The notes below the pieces were generated by a model that was not told the DNA's origin, ran no database searches, and was given only the letters and a program-made list of their open reading frames with translations. From assembly GCA_013265495.1 (NCBI GenBank), contig MU058769.1, positions 396,477 through 460,476 of the forward strand: 64,000 nucleotides of DNA, read 5' to 3'. Shown here piece by piece: positions 1 through 26,382 of the stretch. The translations under genes were made by a program, and so were the position numbers. The DNA comes from Vicugna vicugna. Lineage: Eukaryota. The number at the start of each line of letters is the position of its first letter. The stretch's first letter is position 1.

Positions 1-1
1 C

Positions 2-2450
<2,449 letters not shown>

Positions 2451-2573
2451 GGCCCTGCGCCATTGGACTTCCCCCAGAGAGCCTCCTGCCCCTTTCCAGA
2501 GAAGTCCCTCAACAAGCCCCCCTCCTGCCTAGCCAACCCCTCCCCGGCCCTGCCGGGATGTATAAATGTAAAA

Positions 2574-2581
2574 ATGAAGGA
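2574..2581 (+). promoter_or_regulatory. miR-205 8mer seed match (ATGAAGGA) in LRP1 3'UTR
   Basis: Exact complement of the miR-205 seed plus A, in an AT-rich island of the 3'UTR. LRP1 is a reported miR-205 target (recalled, not checked). Confidence 0.6.
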
Positions 2582-3259
2582 ATTACTTTTTATATGTGAG
2601 CGAGCAAGTGAGCAAGCGAGCACAGTATTATCTCTTTCCGTTCTCCTTCCTGCCTGCTCCTCAGCACACACCCCCAATGCTGCCTTCTGGGGGGGGAGCA
2701 GAGAGGGGGCTCCTGCGACTTATAGGTATGAGGGGACCCCACCTCCCACCTTCCCGCCAAAAACGCACCCCCACTGGGAGAGCTGGTGGTGCTGCCTCCC
2801 CCTCCCTGTACAAGACACTTTGTCAAGGCTCTCCCCTCTCATCCCCCCACCCCCAGCTCCCTGAGGGCCAATTCTGGGGTTTGGGGGAAGCTGTGTCCTT
2901 TGCTGCCCCTGTCTGGAAGATTTGGCTCTGGCTAAGGTAGGAAGGAAAGGATGGAGATTTTCAGTTCTTCTTGGAGGAGGCCATCCCATGCCCCAGCCTC
3001 AGCTCCAGGGGCACCTCTGGGATAGCCACGCCCAATATCCCCCCAGACAGGCCCTCTCCCTCTCTAGTGCCCCCACCATGGCCCCAGGGCTGGAGACTTT
3101 CTTTGGTAAACAGTCCCCCAGGCTCCCCTCCCCCTGGGGACAAGGAGGAAGTGGGGCACACCAAGGAAGGGCAAGTGGGCAGCCCCGTTTTGGGGACACG
3201 AATGTTTTAATAATTTTTGCTGAATTCCTTTACAACTAAATAACACAGATATTGTTATA

Positions 3260-3265
3260 AATAAA
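3260..3265 (+). terminator. LRP1 polyadenylation signal AATAAA
   Basis: Canonical hexamer about 810 nt after the LRP1 stop, in AT-rich context. Confidence 0.85.
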
Positions 3266-5594
3266 ATTGTAAAAAAAAGAAAAAAAGAAAAAGAAAAAAA
3301 CCACTTGTGTCTACCTATGACTCTGGGTAAGACTCTGGAAGCTGGACTGTGCCTGCCTGCTGCCACCACCAGAGGGAGCCATGCTCTGTGCTTGAGCATC
3401 TGGTCTTCAGCGCTCTTCTGGAGCTCCCTCCCCCTTCATTCTGCTGTAACAGGGAAGCGGGGGGCACTGGACTTGACCAGGAAGACCTTCTTCTCTTGGC
3501 TGTGTGACCTTGAGCCAGTGACTTCACCTCTCTGGATCATGTGTTCCCTCTGGCTCTAGGACACTAACTCCAAGCTCTGTTTCTCTGCATTGTCACTTTT
3601 ATGGGACACCACCAACTGTACCCAAAATGATCTCCAACAGTGAGAAATCCCACAATAAGAAATAAACACACTGGGATTGTGAAAGGCTTTCTAATCCTTC
3701 AGGGTGGTCCCATACAGCTGTCTCTGCCTAAATTTGCTTTTTCTTTTTTTTAAATCTGTAACTAAGTTTGCTCTTGATGCACTAACATTTCACATTTCAT
3801 GGAGACTAATTAATCAGATGCCAAGAGTAAGAACCTTGGATTCAGGAAAAGAGGGCCCCCACCGGGAGGTTTTAAATATCTGAAGAACCCTTAGCCAACT
3901 CTCAAAGGGGGAACACTGCCTTTCATTCCCTCTCCCTCCCTGACCAACTTCCTCAGTCTTCCTCCTTTCTTGAAGAAACTATGGGTCTACACACCTCTAG
4001 AAACAAGAGCCCTCCCCTTCCCTCTTAGCCCTGAGATCCCATCTCCAGCCTCAGCTTCCAAGCCAGTTCTGTGATCCTCCATTGCCTCCTGGGCTCCCTA
4101 GGGCTGAGGGCAGAGGGACCCCGCTGGGAAAAAGGGGTGTCCTTGTCGATTTCTTGGAGGGAGGCTTGTGTCCTCAGCTATCCACCAGGTGGCATGCAAA
4201 CTTCTGCAGCGCAGCTCATCCTGAAGCCAGGCACAGCCCCTCCCCACACACACTAATTATGCACCTGCCAGTGGACCCTAGCCCAGCCTCTCACTTCTTT
4301 CCCTTGGGCTATTCTGCCACACCCCCTCTACCCTCCGCCAGCCAGCTCCCTCCCTCCCCCAGCGCCTGCCAGCTCCCCACCACCAGCAGCCCCACCCCCT
4401 CACTCCCTCCCTCTGCCAGCCATGCATCTGGTGCCCCCGGGGAGCCACTGATTCTCTGCCTGTCGCCTCAAGATCCTGGGCAGAACGAGAGGGGCTCCCA
4501 GCTGCAGCTAGAACACATACCCCTCCAGTCAGCATCCTCTCCATGCTCGCCAGAACATCCAGGAGAGGGTCTACCAGGAGGCAGTCCTCAAAAACTCCCC
4601 ACCTAGCAAGGATAGCAGAGATGTAAGACAGAGGTGGAGAAGAGATAGGGGCCAAACCAGAGGCAGAGGCTGATACAGACAGAATGAGGAACAGAGACAG
4701 AAATGAAGACAGGGAGTGGGTGTGTGTGTGTGTGTGTATCTGGAGAGAGAAGGTAGTGACCTGAGACTAGCAAAAGGAGTAGAGATGGGGTGGGTCAGGA
4801 CTCCAGAAGATCAGGACTCTAGTGGTGGGCTTCTGTCCTGAGAGCCTAGGCCTATGTGTGCCCACTGCCCCCACTCACTACCACCTCAACAGTCCCTGTG
4901 ATTGGCACTTAGGTTCAGGATTCTGGTTGGAGCCTTGTGGCCTTGGGCCTGGCCATTCCTGCTCCTTCCTGCCTCCCTCTCTTGCCACACCTGCACCCAG
5001 GTTCCTGCCTCCTGGCTTCTGTCTGTCTCTCTGGGTGAATCTGTGTCTGCCTCATCTTTTCAGCATTCACAATCCTTGTTTTGGGTCTGTCACATCCCTA
5101 TATCTGTCTGTTTGTATGTGCCTAGGTTTGTCTTTTGGACTGCCAGTGCCAGCGTACACTTGTGTGTGTGTCCTTCTCTGTCTGTGGATGTTTGCCGCTC
5201 TGTCAAAGCAAGGAAGGTACGGTGGGCTCTGAGAACCTGGCTAGGTGTGCTTGTCTCTTGGTGCAAGTGTGCATTTGTCTGTCTCTGTGTGTGCTCCTGT
5301 GTGTGTGTAAATCGAATGTGTCTGTGTGTGACAGTGCCTCTAGATGTGCATCTGTCTCCCTGTGTGTGTGCTGGTCTCTGTGTGAATGTGTTTGGCTCTG
5401 CCTCTGTGCTGACCTCTACAGTGTGGCCTGCCCCTGTGAACACATCTCCGTGCATGCCTGGGGGCATGTGTTGGTGTCTCAGGGTATGTGTCTGTCTCTC
5501 CATCTCTTTGCTTGTCCCTATCTCTCCATGTCTAAGTGTCGGTCATACCACAGCCTCAGTGCATAGCAACAGCTGACAGCTGAAGACTCCTCAG

Positions 5595-5596
<2 letters not shown>

Positions 5597-5684
<88 letters not shown>
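5597..5684. repeat. Perfect (GA)44 microsatellite about 1 kb upstream of the NXPH4 ATG
   Basis: Read directly from the sequence. Confidence 0.97.
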
Positions 5685-5686
<2 letters not shown>

Positions 5687-6739
5687 AGGGGGAGGAGGGA
5701 GCCGATGAAGAAACAGCCAAGAGGATAGGGACAGAGACAGGGCCAGGCTGGGGACAGAGACAAGGACAGAGACAGAGGAGGAAGAGGACAAGGATCGGAG
5801 AAGAGCTGATGGTGAAAGATGGGGCACTGGGAAGAAAGGGATGGAGATTGCACCATGAGGCCGGGTTGAGGGGTACTTCCTGCCAAACCCCTCCGCCCCC
5901 CGCAGGGACGCTCTGGGACATGCTGGGGTCAGCGGTGCGGGGCAAGGGGCAAAGGTGAACCGCCGGTCTAGCAGAGGGGTCCTGAGACCGCGGAGGTGCC
6001 TTGAGGGAGGGTGTAGGGGCGGCGGGCGCCGTTTGTCAGCCCTATTGACAGACGTGATGGGGTTTCCGTCCGTGATCAATGATTCTCATCTCCGGGCCGA
6101 ATGAGCCGCGGGGCGCCCATCCATCCCCGTCAGCGCCGCGCGGCGGCAGCCGCCCGAGGCCCCGCCCGCCCTCACCTCGGCCCCTGCCCTGCTCCTGCCT
6201 CGGACCCACCTGGGCCCAGAGCATCGAAGGGACCCGGAGTTCCGAGGGTCCCTGGTCTTGCTGGGCTGCTGAGCCTCGCGGGGCTCCTGCTCCGTCGCGC
6301 CCCGCTTCGGGGGCCACGGTCCCGGAGCCTCGAGCCCCACGCCCGGCCCTATTCCTCAGCGGCGCACAGACCCAGCCTCTCGGGTACACAGTCCCTGAGC
6401 CCCGCAGCCCTCTCCGCTTCGCACCTGGGCCGGGGGCGTGTCTGGGGCGTGCCGGGGTGAAAGTCACCTTCGGTGCCCCCAGCTGGGCGGGAGGGGGCGC
6501 GCGGGGCGCGGCCGGGATTGGAGCGCCGCGGAGCCCGGCCCCCCCCCGCCCGCCCGAGTCCGACCAACCGCGCCCCGCCCCCGGCGCCGCGCTCCGCTCC
6601 TCTAGCCGCTCAGTCCGCGGGCCGCGCCGCCCGCTCCCGCCGCTCCGGCAGCCGCCCCGTGGCGCGCCGGCCCGGGCCCCTCGCCCCCAGGCCCGCCTCC
6701 CGCCTGCCCGGGACTCGCCCCGCCCGGCCACCCGGGAAG

Positions 6740-15321
<8,582 letters not shown>

Positions 15322-15680
15322 CGCGACCCGCCCTCGCCCGGCCCTGAGCTTCCCGCCAAATCCCCAACTCCCTAAGTGGGACCCCTCCCTGTGCCCACAT
15401 CCACAACTTCCAGCCTGGGCGTGGAGAGAAACAGCCCTCCCAGGGACCATCGGCTGGCGAGCGCCCCCTTTTCCCTATGGGGGTGCCCACAAGGCTGAAG
15501 GTAGCTCCCTTGACTACAGAACAACCCAAAGTGAAGGGGAAAGAGCGAAGCTACAGAATAGGTGGGGCTTGGAGGCGGTCCCAGCGTCCCCTGCGTCCAC
15601 ACTGAGTCCACTTTACGCCGCTGGCGCTGGGCTGGATTCTCCCTTTGCCCGCAGCTTTAATAACGCCCGGCCTGACACAC

Positions 15681-15734
15681 TCATTCCGCCGTGACTTCCT
15701 TACCCCCTCATTCCGCCGTGACTTCCTTACCCCC
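15681..15734. repeat. Exact 27-bp tandem duplication (tcattccgccgtgacttccttaccccc x2) in NXPH4 3'UTR
   Basis: Read directly from the sequence. Confidence 0.9.
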
Positions 15735-16020
15735 AGGCGCTTGTCCCTCACCCTGTGCCCATGTAAAGACCATAAGGTCTTGTAAACCGCAGCCTATCCC
15801 GTTATCCTTCTGCCTGCCGTATGCCAGTCCCTTCCGTTCCCCGAAACTCCAATAATTAGGGTAGCAGAAGCAGAACTCCTGGGCGAAGGCGATTGACTCG
15901 GGCCCCTGCCCTCTGCCCGCCTCCCTCCTGTCCCTGCCGTCTTGCTCCACCTTTCCGGCTGCTTCCTCTCAGTGATTTTATTTATTTACTTAACGCCAAA
16001 ACAGACGGGAAAGGGAACAA

Positions 16021-16026
16021 AATAAA
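16021..16026 (+). terminator. NXPH4 polyadenylation signal AATAAA
   Basis: Canonical hexamer 700 nt after the stop, preceded by an AU-rich stretch (ttttatttattta) and followed by GT-rich sequence. Confidence 0.8.
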
Positions 16027-16633
16027 GTGAAATCCAATAGGCGTCTGTGTGAGACCTTTGTAGGGAAGTGGGGTGGTGGTGTGGATTTATGTCTGGCCAG
16101 GGCCTCCTCCCACCGCGGCTCCTGGGGAAACCGAGGCAAATATTGACAGAGCTAGCACCTTGGAGGTCATCCAAGACCACATCAGATACACGTGGAGGAG
16201 ACCCTTGGGATAAGAGCCCTGCCTGGGGTGAGGATTTTCCTCCCAGGTGTGGGCGATGTGAAGCTGCTGCAAATAGAATGGGGATTAGACCTGAAAGGGG
16301 ACCACCAGCGGACTATTTGGGACTACTTGGGGGAGGAGGTATAAGGCTTTGAATGGGATGGAGGTGCAGGGACAGCGTAGGCAGAGCGCTGACAACCTGC
16401 TAAGCTCCGCGGAGCTGGCGGGAGGAGGCAGGTGGGGGGGAGGGGAAACGGTGTTTGCGGCATCTGGAGTCATCGATCTTCCTTTTCCCTCCTAATTTCG
16501 TGGGCGCTGAGTTTGCAGACGGATGGGGGAGGGAGGGAAGGAGCCCTGAGAGGAGGGGGTGGGGGAAGGGACAAGCTCGAGTTTGGAGAGCCGGGCCGCG
16601 CCGCTGCTGCTTGCCTTCTGCAAACAAAGACAA

Positions 16634-16693
16634 NNNNNNNNNNNNNNNNNNNNNNNNNNNNNNNNNNNNNNNNNNNNNNNNNNNNNNNNNNNN
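16634..16693. other. Assembly gap (N run)
   Basis: Run of N in the sequence. Confidence 0.99.
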
Positions 16694-17481
16694 TGCGGCT
16701 TCATTAGCAGTTCTCAAGCTCAGCCGCCCCCCCTCCCCTCGGGACCCCTGACTGGGGCGAGAGAGGATGTACCGACAAGCTGAGGCACAGAACGACACCT
16801 CGTCTTCAGCCTTCCTTCGCCTTGAGTCCTGGGTGAAGGTACGCCTGGGAGAGGGCAGTGTTCTCCTGAGGATTGCCTACTGGCTCCAGCGGGAAACTGA
16901 GTCGGAGGTGAGTCTGATACAGACGGGCCTGGGAGGGAAAAGTCGGTAAGGGGAAAATACATACCGGATAGATGGATGGATGGATGGATGGATGGATAAC
17001 AGTATCAACTGAAAGGAGGAGGGAGGTGGGAAGCAGTTCTCGGTCAGAGATTGGAGGAAGGAGAAGAACCTAGCAAACTCCCAGCACCAAGCCTATTATT
17101 TCTGGAAAGACCCGAAAACACCTGAGGCTGGAATGGGAGAGAAGGAGGTTACAGCTTAGGGTGGAGGGGGTGGAGCTTCTAAGGTCTGATATGAGAGCCA
17201 ACTGGAAAGACTGGAATTAGCAAGTTAGCCCATCTGGGCCTCAGTTTCCTCATTTGTAAAGCAATAATAAAATAGCGTGCTCTGAAGATTAAATGAGACT
17301 TTGCAAGTGAACAGGCTTTGCAGTTAATTGTCCTCCTCCTCTTCCTCTGACTCACAAACCTGACTCCTCCTCTGCCATCCTCTCCTCCTCCTCCCCTTCC
17401 TCTTTGGCTATCTGGGAGCAGAATGAGGTGCCCCTACTTGTAACTGCACTTGTTGCATTTGCATTTTGTTACCTGTTCACC

Positions 17482-17561
17482 TTTTTTTTTTTATGGAGGT
17501 ACTGGGGATTGAACCCAGGACCTTATGCATGCTAAGCATGAGCCATACCCACCTGTACCCC
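17482..17561 (-). mobile_element. Short tRNA-derived SINE, internally deleted
   Basis: Poly-T followed by gaggtactggggattgaacccagg (reverse complement contains the Pol III B box GGTTCAATCC). Short flanking repeat ttcacct. Same family as the copy near 57140. Confidence 0.75.
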
Positions 17562-18519
17562 TTCACCTCTTGATGTCCCAGCCATCAGTGATCTATTCTG
17601 ATACCTCCAAGGCTATGGCATGCCGGGCATGGTGAAGGCGCTCAATATATCGGCCGAATGAATGAATGTAATATTGCTATGTAAGGCAATGGTTCTCAAA
17701 ACCACTGGCTTATTAGAATCACCAAGGGGAGGTTTTGTTGTGTGTCAGTGTGAGTGGGCAAAAGCCATTGAACTAGAACTTCTGAGGAAAGGCTCATATA
17801 TTTATGTCACATTTCCCAGTCAGTTCTGCTGCCTAGGTTTGGGGATCTACTCCTGGAGGGATCCATGAGTCCCTTGCCCAAAGAATGAGTCTAGATAAGT
17901 CAGGCAAGAGGGAATATCCCTTCCAGTTCCAAAGATCTATAGCCCCAGGGTACAAAGAAAGCTCACTGATTGCTGGGGCAGCAATGGTGAATAGGTACCC
18001 AACACAAAGCAAAATTCAACATGTGCAAGGACAGGAAGGGGGCACCTCATTCAGCTCCCAGATGTCCCAGGGAAGGAGAGGATGGCCACAGAGGAGGCAG
18101 GTTTGGGAGGATGAGGAGGGACAATTCATCCCAGAGCATGTTTACACACACAGCCTCATTTAATCCCCACCATATGTTATTTTATTATTGCGTTACAAGT
18201 GAGGTTAATTTGCTAGTTAATTTCCCACAGCTGAAACTTGAACTCGGGTCCCTCACTCTTCCAAACCAGGGTGCTTTCCAGTGCACCAGAGCTCTCTAGC
18301 TTGTATAGGAAGAGAGCCTAATAAGGCTAGGTACTCAGTAGACACCCAGTGAATGGTTGCAGTATGGACAACAGACAGGAAAATCAAAAACAAAACGAAA
18401 CAAAAAAATACCCCTGAAAAGCTTCAGGACAGTGAGGAGATGGGGCGGCACTGGATCTCTTTTCTTTCAGGCAAAAGCCTCTGACCGTGGGGCTGTAGAC
18501 GGGAAATGAAACGGAAGAA

Positions 18520-18640
18520 GGGGGGGCGGAAACTACAATTCCCATAAGACCATATAAAGGGACTAGCTCACGCATGCGTAGGCCCCTCCCTAGTTCGGTA
18601 GCTTCCTGGTAGCTCTTCTCGCGCATGCGCCCTCTGTCAG
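18520..18640 (+). promoter_or_regulatory. SHMT2 proximal promoter: ZNF143/SBS motif ACTACAATTCCCA (18532-18544), NRF1-type motifs (18571-18580 and GCGCATGCGC 18621-18630), GC box
   Basis: Motifs read directly 100-200 bp upstream of the ATG. This combination is typical of promoters of nuclear-encoded mitochondrial housekeeping genes. Confidence 0.75.
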
Positions 18641-18730
18641 TTTTCTTCCAACCCCTTACTTGCCCTGGCCGGAGTTGGTGCCTCAACCTCCTGCGGCGTC
18701 GACCTCCTGCGGCCTTGACCTCAGTTTGCG

Positions 18731-23250
<4,520 letters not shown>

Positions 23251-23591
23251 AGGCATCTAAGAAATGAGGCCCACAGCCTGACCTTTATTCCTCTTCCCCC
23301 AGTCTGGACAAGTGGCAAGGTGGCGGGGCTGCTTATCTGCCAATTTTTTGCTGGAGGAGGAGAGGCCTCCCACTTAGGGGAAGAGCCAGGTGTGGTTCCC
23401 CTTCCCAGAATTTGTAGCCAAGAAGGTTTCTTCTTGTAGCAAGACTTAGAAGGAGGCGGCTTGGGGCTTTCTGCCCTAACTGCTTCCATTATCTCAGTGT
23501 TATAGACTCCCTGCTCTTTCTCGGGGAGGGGGAGTTCCCGTTGTGAGCCAGAGGAAGGGGTGGGTTGGCACCCTCCTTTCCGTTTTTATCT

Positions 23592-23597
23592 AATAAA
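23592..23597 (+). terminator. Proximal SHMT2 polyadenylation signal AATAAA
   Basis: Canonical hexamer about 340 nt after the stop. Confidence 0.65.
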
Positions 23598-24469
23598 ATG
23601 CTAACCTGCTCTGAGCTTCTATTACTGTGGGAGGGGTCCCCTGGGCCAGGTGGTGATTTGTCTCCCTCAACGTGTTCCTCCCTTCCCTCCCACCACCACC
23701 ACAAGGACCCCCGGGGCTGCAGCCTCCTTTCTGTCTCTGATCAGAGCCGACACCAGACGTGATTAGCAGGCGCAGCAAATTCAATTTGTTAAATGAAATT
23801 GTATTTTGCCCACGGCTGCTTCTGTTTGATCCCTGGGGACAGAGGGGAGCAAGGGAGGGGTGGGGAAGGCAGGGAGAGGCCCAGGTGTGAGGCAGGAGGG
23901 GGTGCCCATTGGCACGAGAGGCAGCAGGCTTGGGCACCAGGAGGAGCGAGCTGCGCAGAGGGGCGTAGGTGCATCCTCACAAGCTGGCTGGGCTGTCAGG
24001 GGCGAGCCCAGTCGAGCCCAGTCGAGTCAGGGCAGCACCGCCCCTGGGCTGGCGCCTGGAGCCTGGGCTAACATGGGGCCTGCCACGTCACTTGGCAATC
24101 AGAGGCCCCTGCTTGCTCTTGGCTCACGTAGGCCACGCTCAACACGTAGCATACGCACCACACCCTGTGAGGCCCGGGTAGCGGGGCAGAGGGGCTGACA
24201 TGGCCCTTTTAGGTCAACCAGGATGCTGCCTGCCCTCCTAGCTCCCCCTCCCCCTCGTGAGACTCAAGCTGAGGGTCAGAGGCGCTTCCGCTGCTGGGAG
24301 TGAGGGAAGAGGCTGGGGGTGGGGCTACCTCCCCTCCTCGTGGGAACCCGGCCTGTGTAAGCAAGAGCTGGACAGGGTGGCTAGAGTGGCGCCCTGGGGT
24401 GGAGGGTGGAGAGTGGAAGAAATGAGTAGGCTGGCCGGTGGTTCACATGGACGTGCACTACTGCCAGGC

Positions 24470-25984
24470 TTAGAAGTCTGGCCGGTCCTTCTTCAGCTTC
24501 TTATAGTCAGTGGAAACTGCAAGGAACTATGGGGGAGAAAGGGGGATTGCACTGAGTGCCCAGGCCTCCCTTTGCTGGGGGTTAGGGGTTGTGGAACTGG
24601 GATCAAGAGATGAGCGGATGGAGGTGCAACCCTAAAGCCACTGGCAAGTACCTTGTATTGGTCATTGGGGCTCAGGCGGTTCCAGGGCTCTGGGTTGTTC
24701 TTTCGGTCCCAGCTGTAGAGAGGGAGGAGGGTTAGGGCTTCCTCTCTGGGAGCTAAGGGGACATCTCGGGTCTCTGCCCCCACCCCAGCACCCTTTTCTC
24801 TGTAGGGGTCCATTTCCCAGAGACTGAGGGGGCGCGTTATTGGGTGCTGACAAGGGAGACAAGAAGGCTGTCACTATTGTCAGTGTGGGGCCAGGTGACA
24901 GACTGACAACCTAGCCCAAGGAATCCCACCTGCTCCCTAGCACCCTAGGTTAGCCCTGCAGAGCAGAGAGGTGGGAATCAGGCAGAAATCCCAAGGTGCT
25001 GGGGTTGCAGTGATGGGCTTCGAATTGAGACAACAAATTCCACCTCTGGCGGGGCTTGGCATCTCCCTGAAGCCCATCTCTCCCCGCAGCCCTGGCCCCA
25101 GAAGCACCCCCAACAGCTCACCCAGCCACCCCCACTCCACCGTGCTTGGGCAGCAAGATAGAGGTACCCAAAGGCTGCCAGTGGTGGCGGCGGTGGCAGC
25201 TGCGGCGAGGCAGCAGAGCCACGTCGCCATGGTAACCAGGCCAGTACAAGTTCTGCAACCCAAAGCTGGCCCACTCTTGAGCCACCAAGGAGTGAGGAGG
25301 AGTGAGCGGTCAGTCAGTCGGGTGGGCCCTAGGGGAGGCCCTAGGGGAGGTGGGGGCCTCCCAGGTCAGGAGCTGGCTCCAGCCCCTAGATACCTGGGGA
25401 TTTCCCACCGTCCCTGAGAGGCATTCCTACCCCATCTTGCCCAACCCAGGACCCCTTACTGTGTCCCAAGCCAGGCCTTTACCAGACGTCCGGGCTGCGC
25501 AAGGCGAGCCGTAGCAAGTAGAGTGCAGCGCTGCCCATGCCCAGGCCAATGAAGCCAATCATCGGGATGAGCTGTGGGGAAGACAGAGGGCACTTTCAGG
25601 GTTGGCCCCCCTCCCAATCGCCCTTTACAAGCTTTTCTGCTCTCGCTTACCCCCACCCCGGGTCTGGCACTCCCTCCCCTCTGGAAGCAGGGACCTGCAC
25701 CCTCCCACACCACATTTCCTGCCATAGTTGCCCTCGTCCTACAGTGAGCCTGTCTGAGTTAGATTCAAGGAACATGGGGGTGAGGGGGCATATTGCAGAC
25801 ACAGATTGAGGGCACCCTGGAGAAAGATTAGGAGCACTGGGGAAGGCAGGGCACTGGTAGATTTGGGGGCTGCAGAGGCATCCAGAGAGTTAGGAGGTAG
25901 AATCATGGCTCCTAGAATCAAACTCACCCCAGGATGTCTCTTAATCTGCCGGTAGAAGCGGGCTCCTAGGCTGGTTCCTGCCAT
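24470..25984 (-). CDS. NDUFA4L2: NDUFA4-like 2, 87 aa, 4 coding exons: 25984-25928, 25571-25483, 24712-24652, 24526-24470
   Basis: Spliced translation [87 protein letters not shown]. 264 nt total with GT-AG junctions. Confidence 0.98.
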
Positions 25985-26077
25985 ATCGCCTCTCCAGTGT
26001 CTGGTCCTCTCCAGTGGCCCTACTCCCTTTGTCCTCCTGGGGTCCCGCCCCACTCTGGGGAGGGGTCAGCCCAGCCC

Positions 26078-26382
26078 AGCCCAGCCCAGCCCAGCCCAGC
26101 CCAGCCCAGCCTGGCTGCTTCCTCAGACTCACTCCACCCCCCATCTCTCAGCCGGGAGATTGTTAGGGAGCAGAGGGATTTCTGCTCCTCCACTCCTGGT
26201 CCATGGGACACTATCATGCTTTGGGCTGGAAGCCCAGCCCAGCCCAGCCCAGCCCAGCCCAGCCTGGCTGCTTCCTCAGACTCACTCCACCCCCCATCTC
26301 TCAGCCGGGAGATTGTTAGGGAGCAGAGGGATTTCTGCTCCTCCACTCCTGGTCCATGGGACACTATCATGCTTTGGGCTGG
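26078..26382. repeat. Exact 152-bp tandem duplication (26078-26229 and 26231-26382), each copy starting with a (CAGCC)n pentamer array
   Basis: Two identical copies with a 153-bp period. The first pentamer array is (CAGCC)9 at 26067-26111. Confidence 0.93.

Noticed and set aside
4902..5576. Cys/Val-rich ORFs here and at about 8400-8890 and 12770-13680
   Set aside because: Translations of degenerate (TG)n/(CA)n low-complexity sequence.
16901..16913. Strong plus-strand donor GAG/gtgagt in the CpG-rich patch between NXPH4 and SHMT2
   Set aside because: No identifiable start or acceptor partner, and a nearby assembly gap prevents evaluation.
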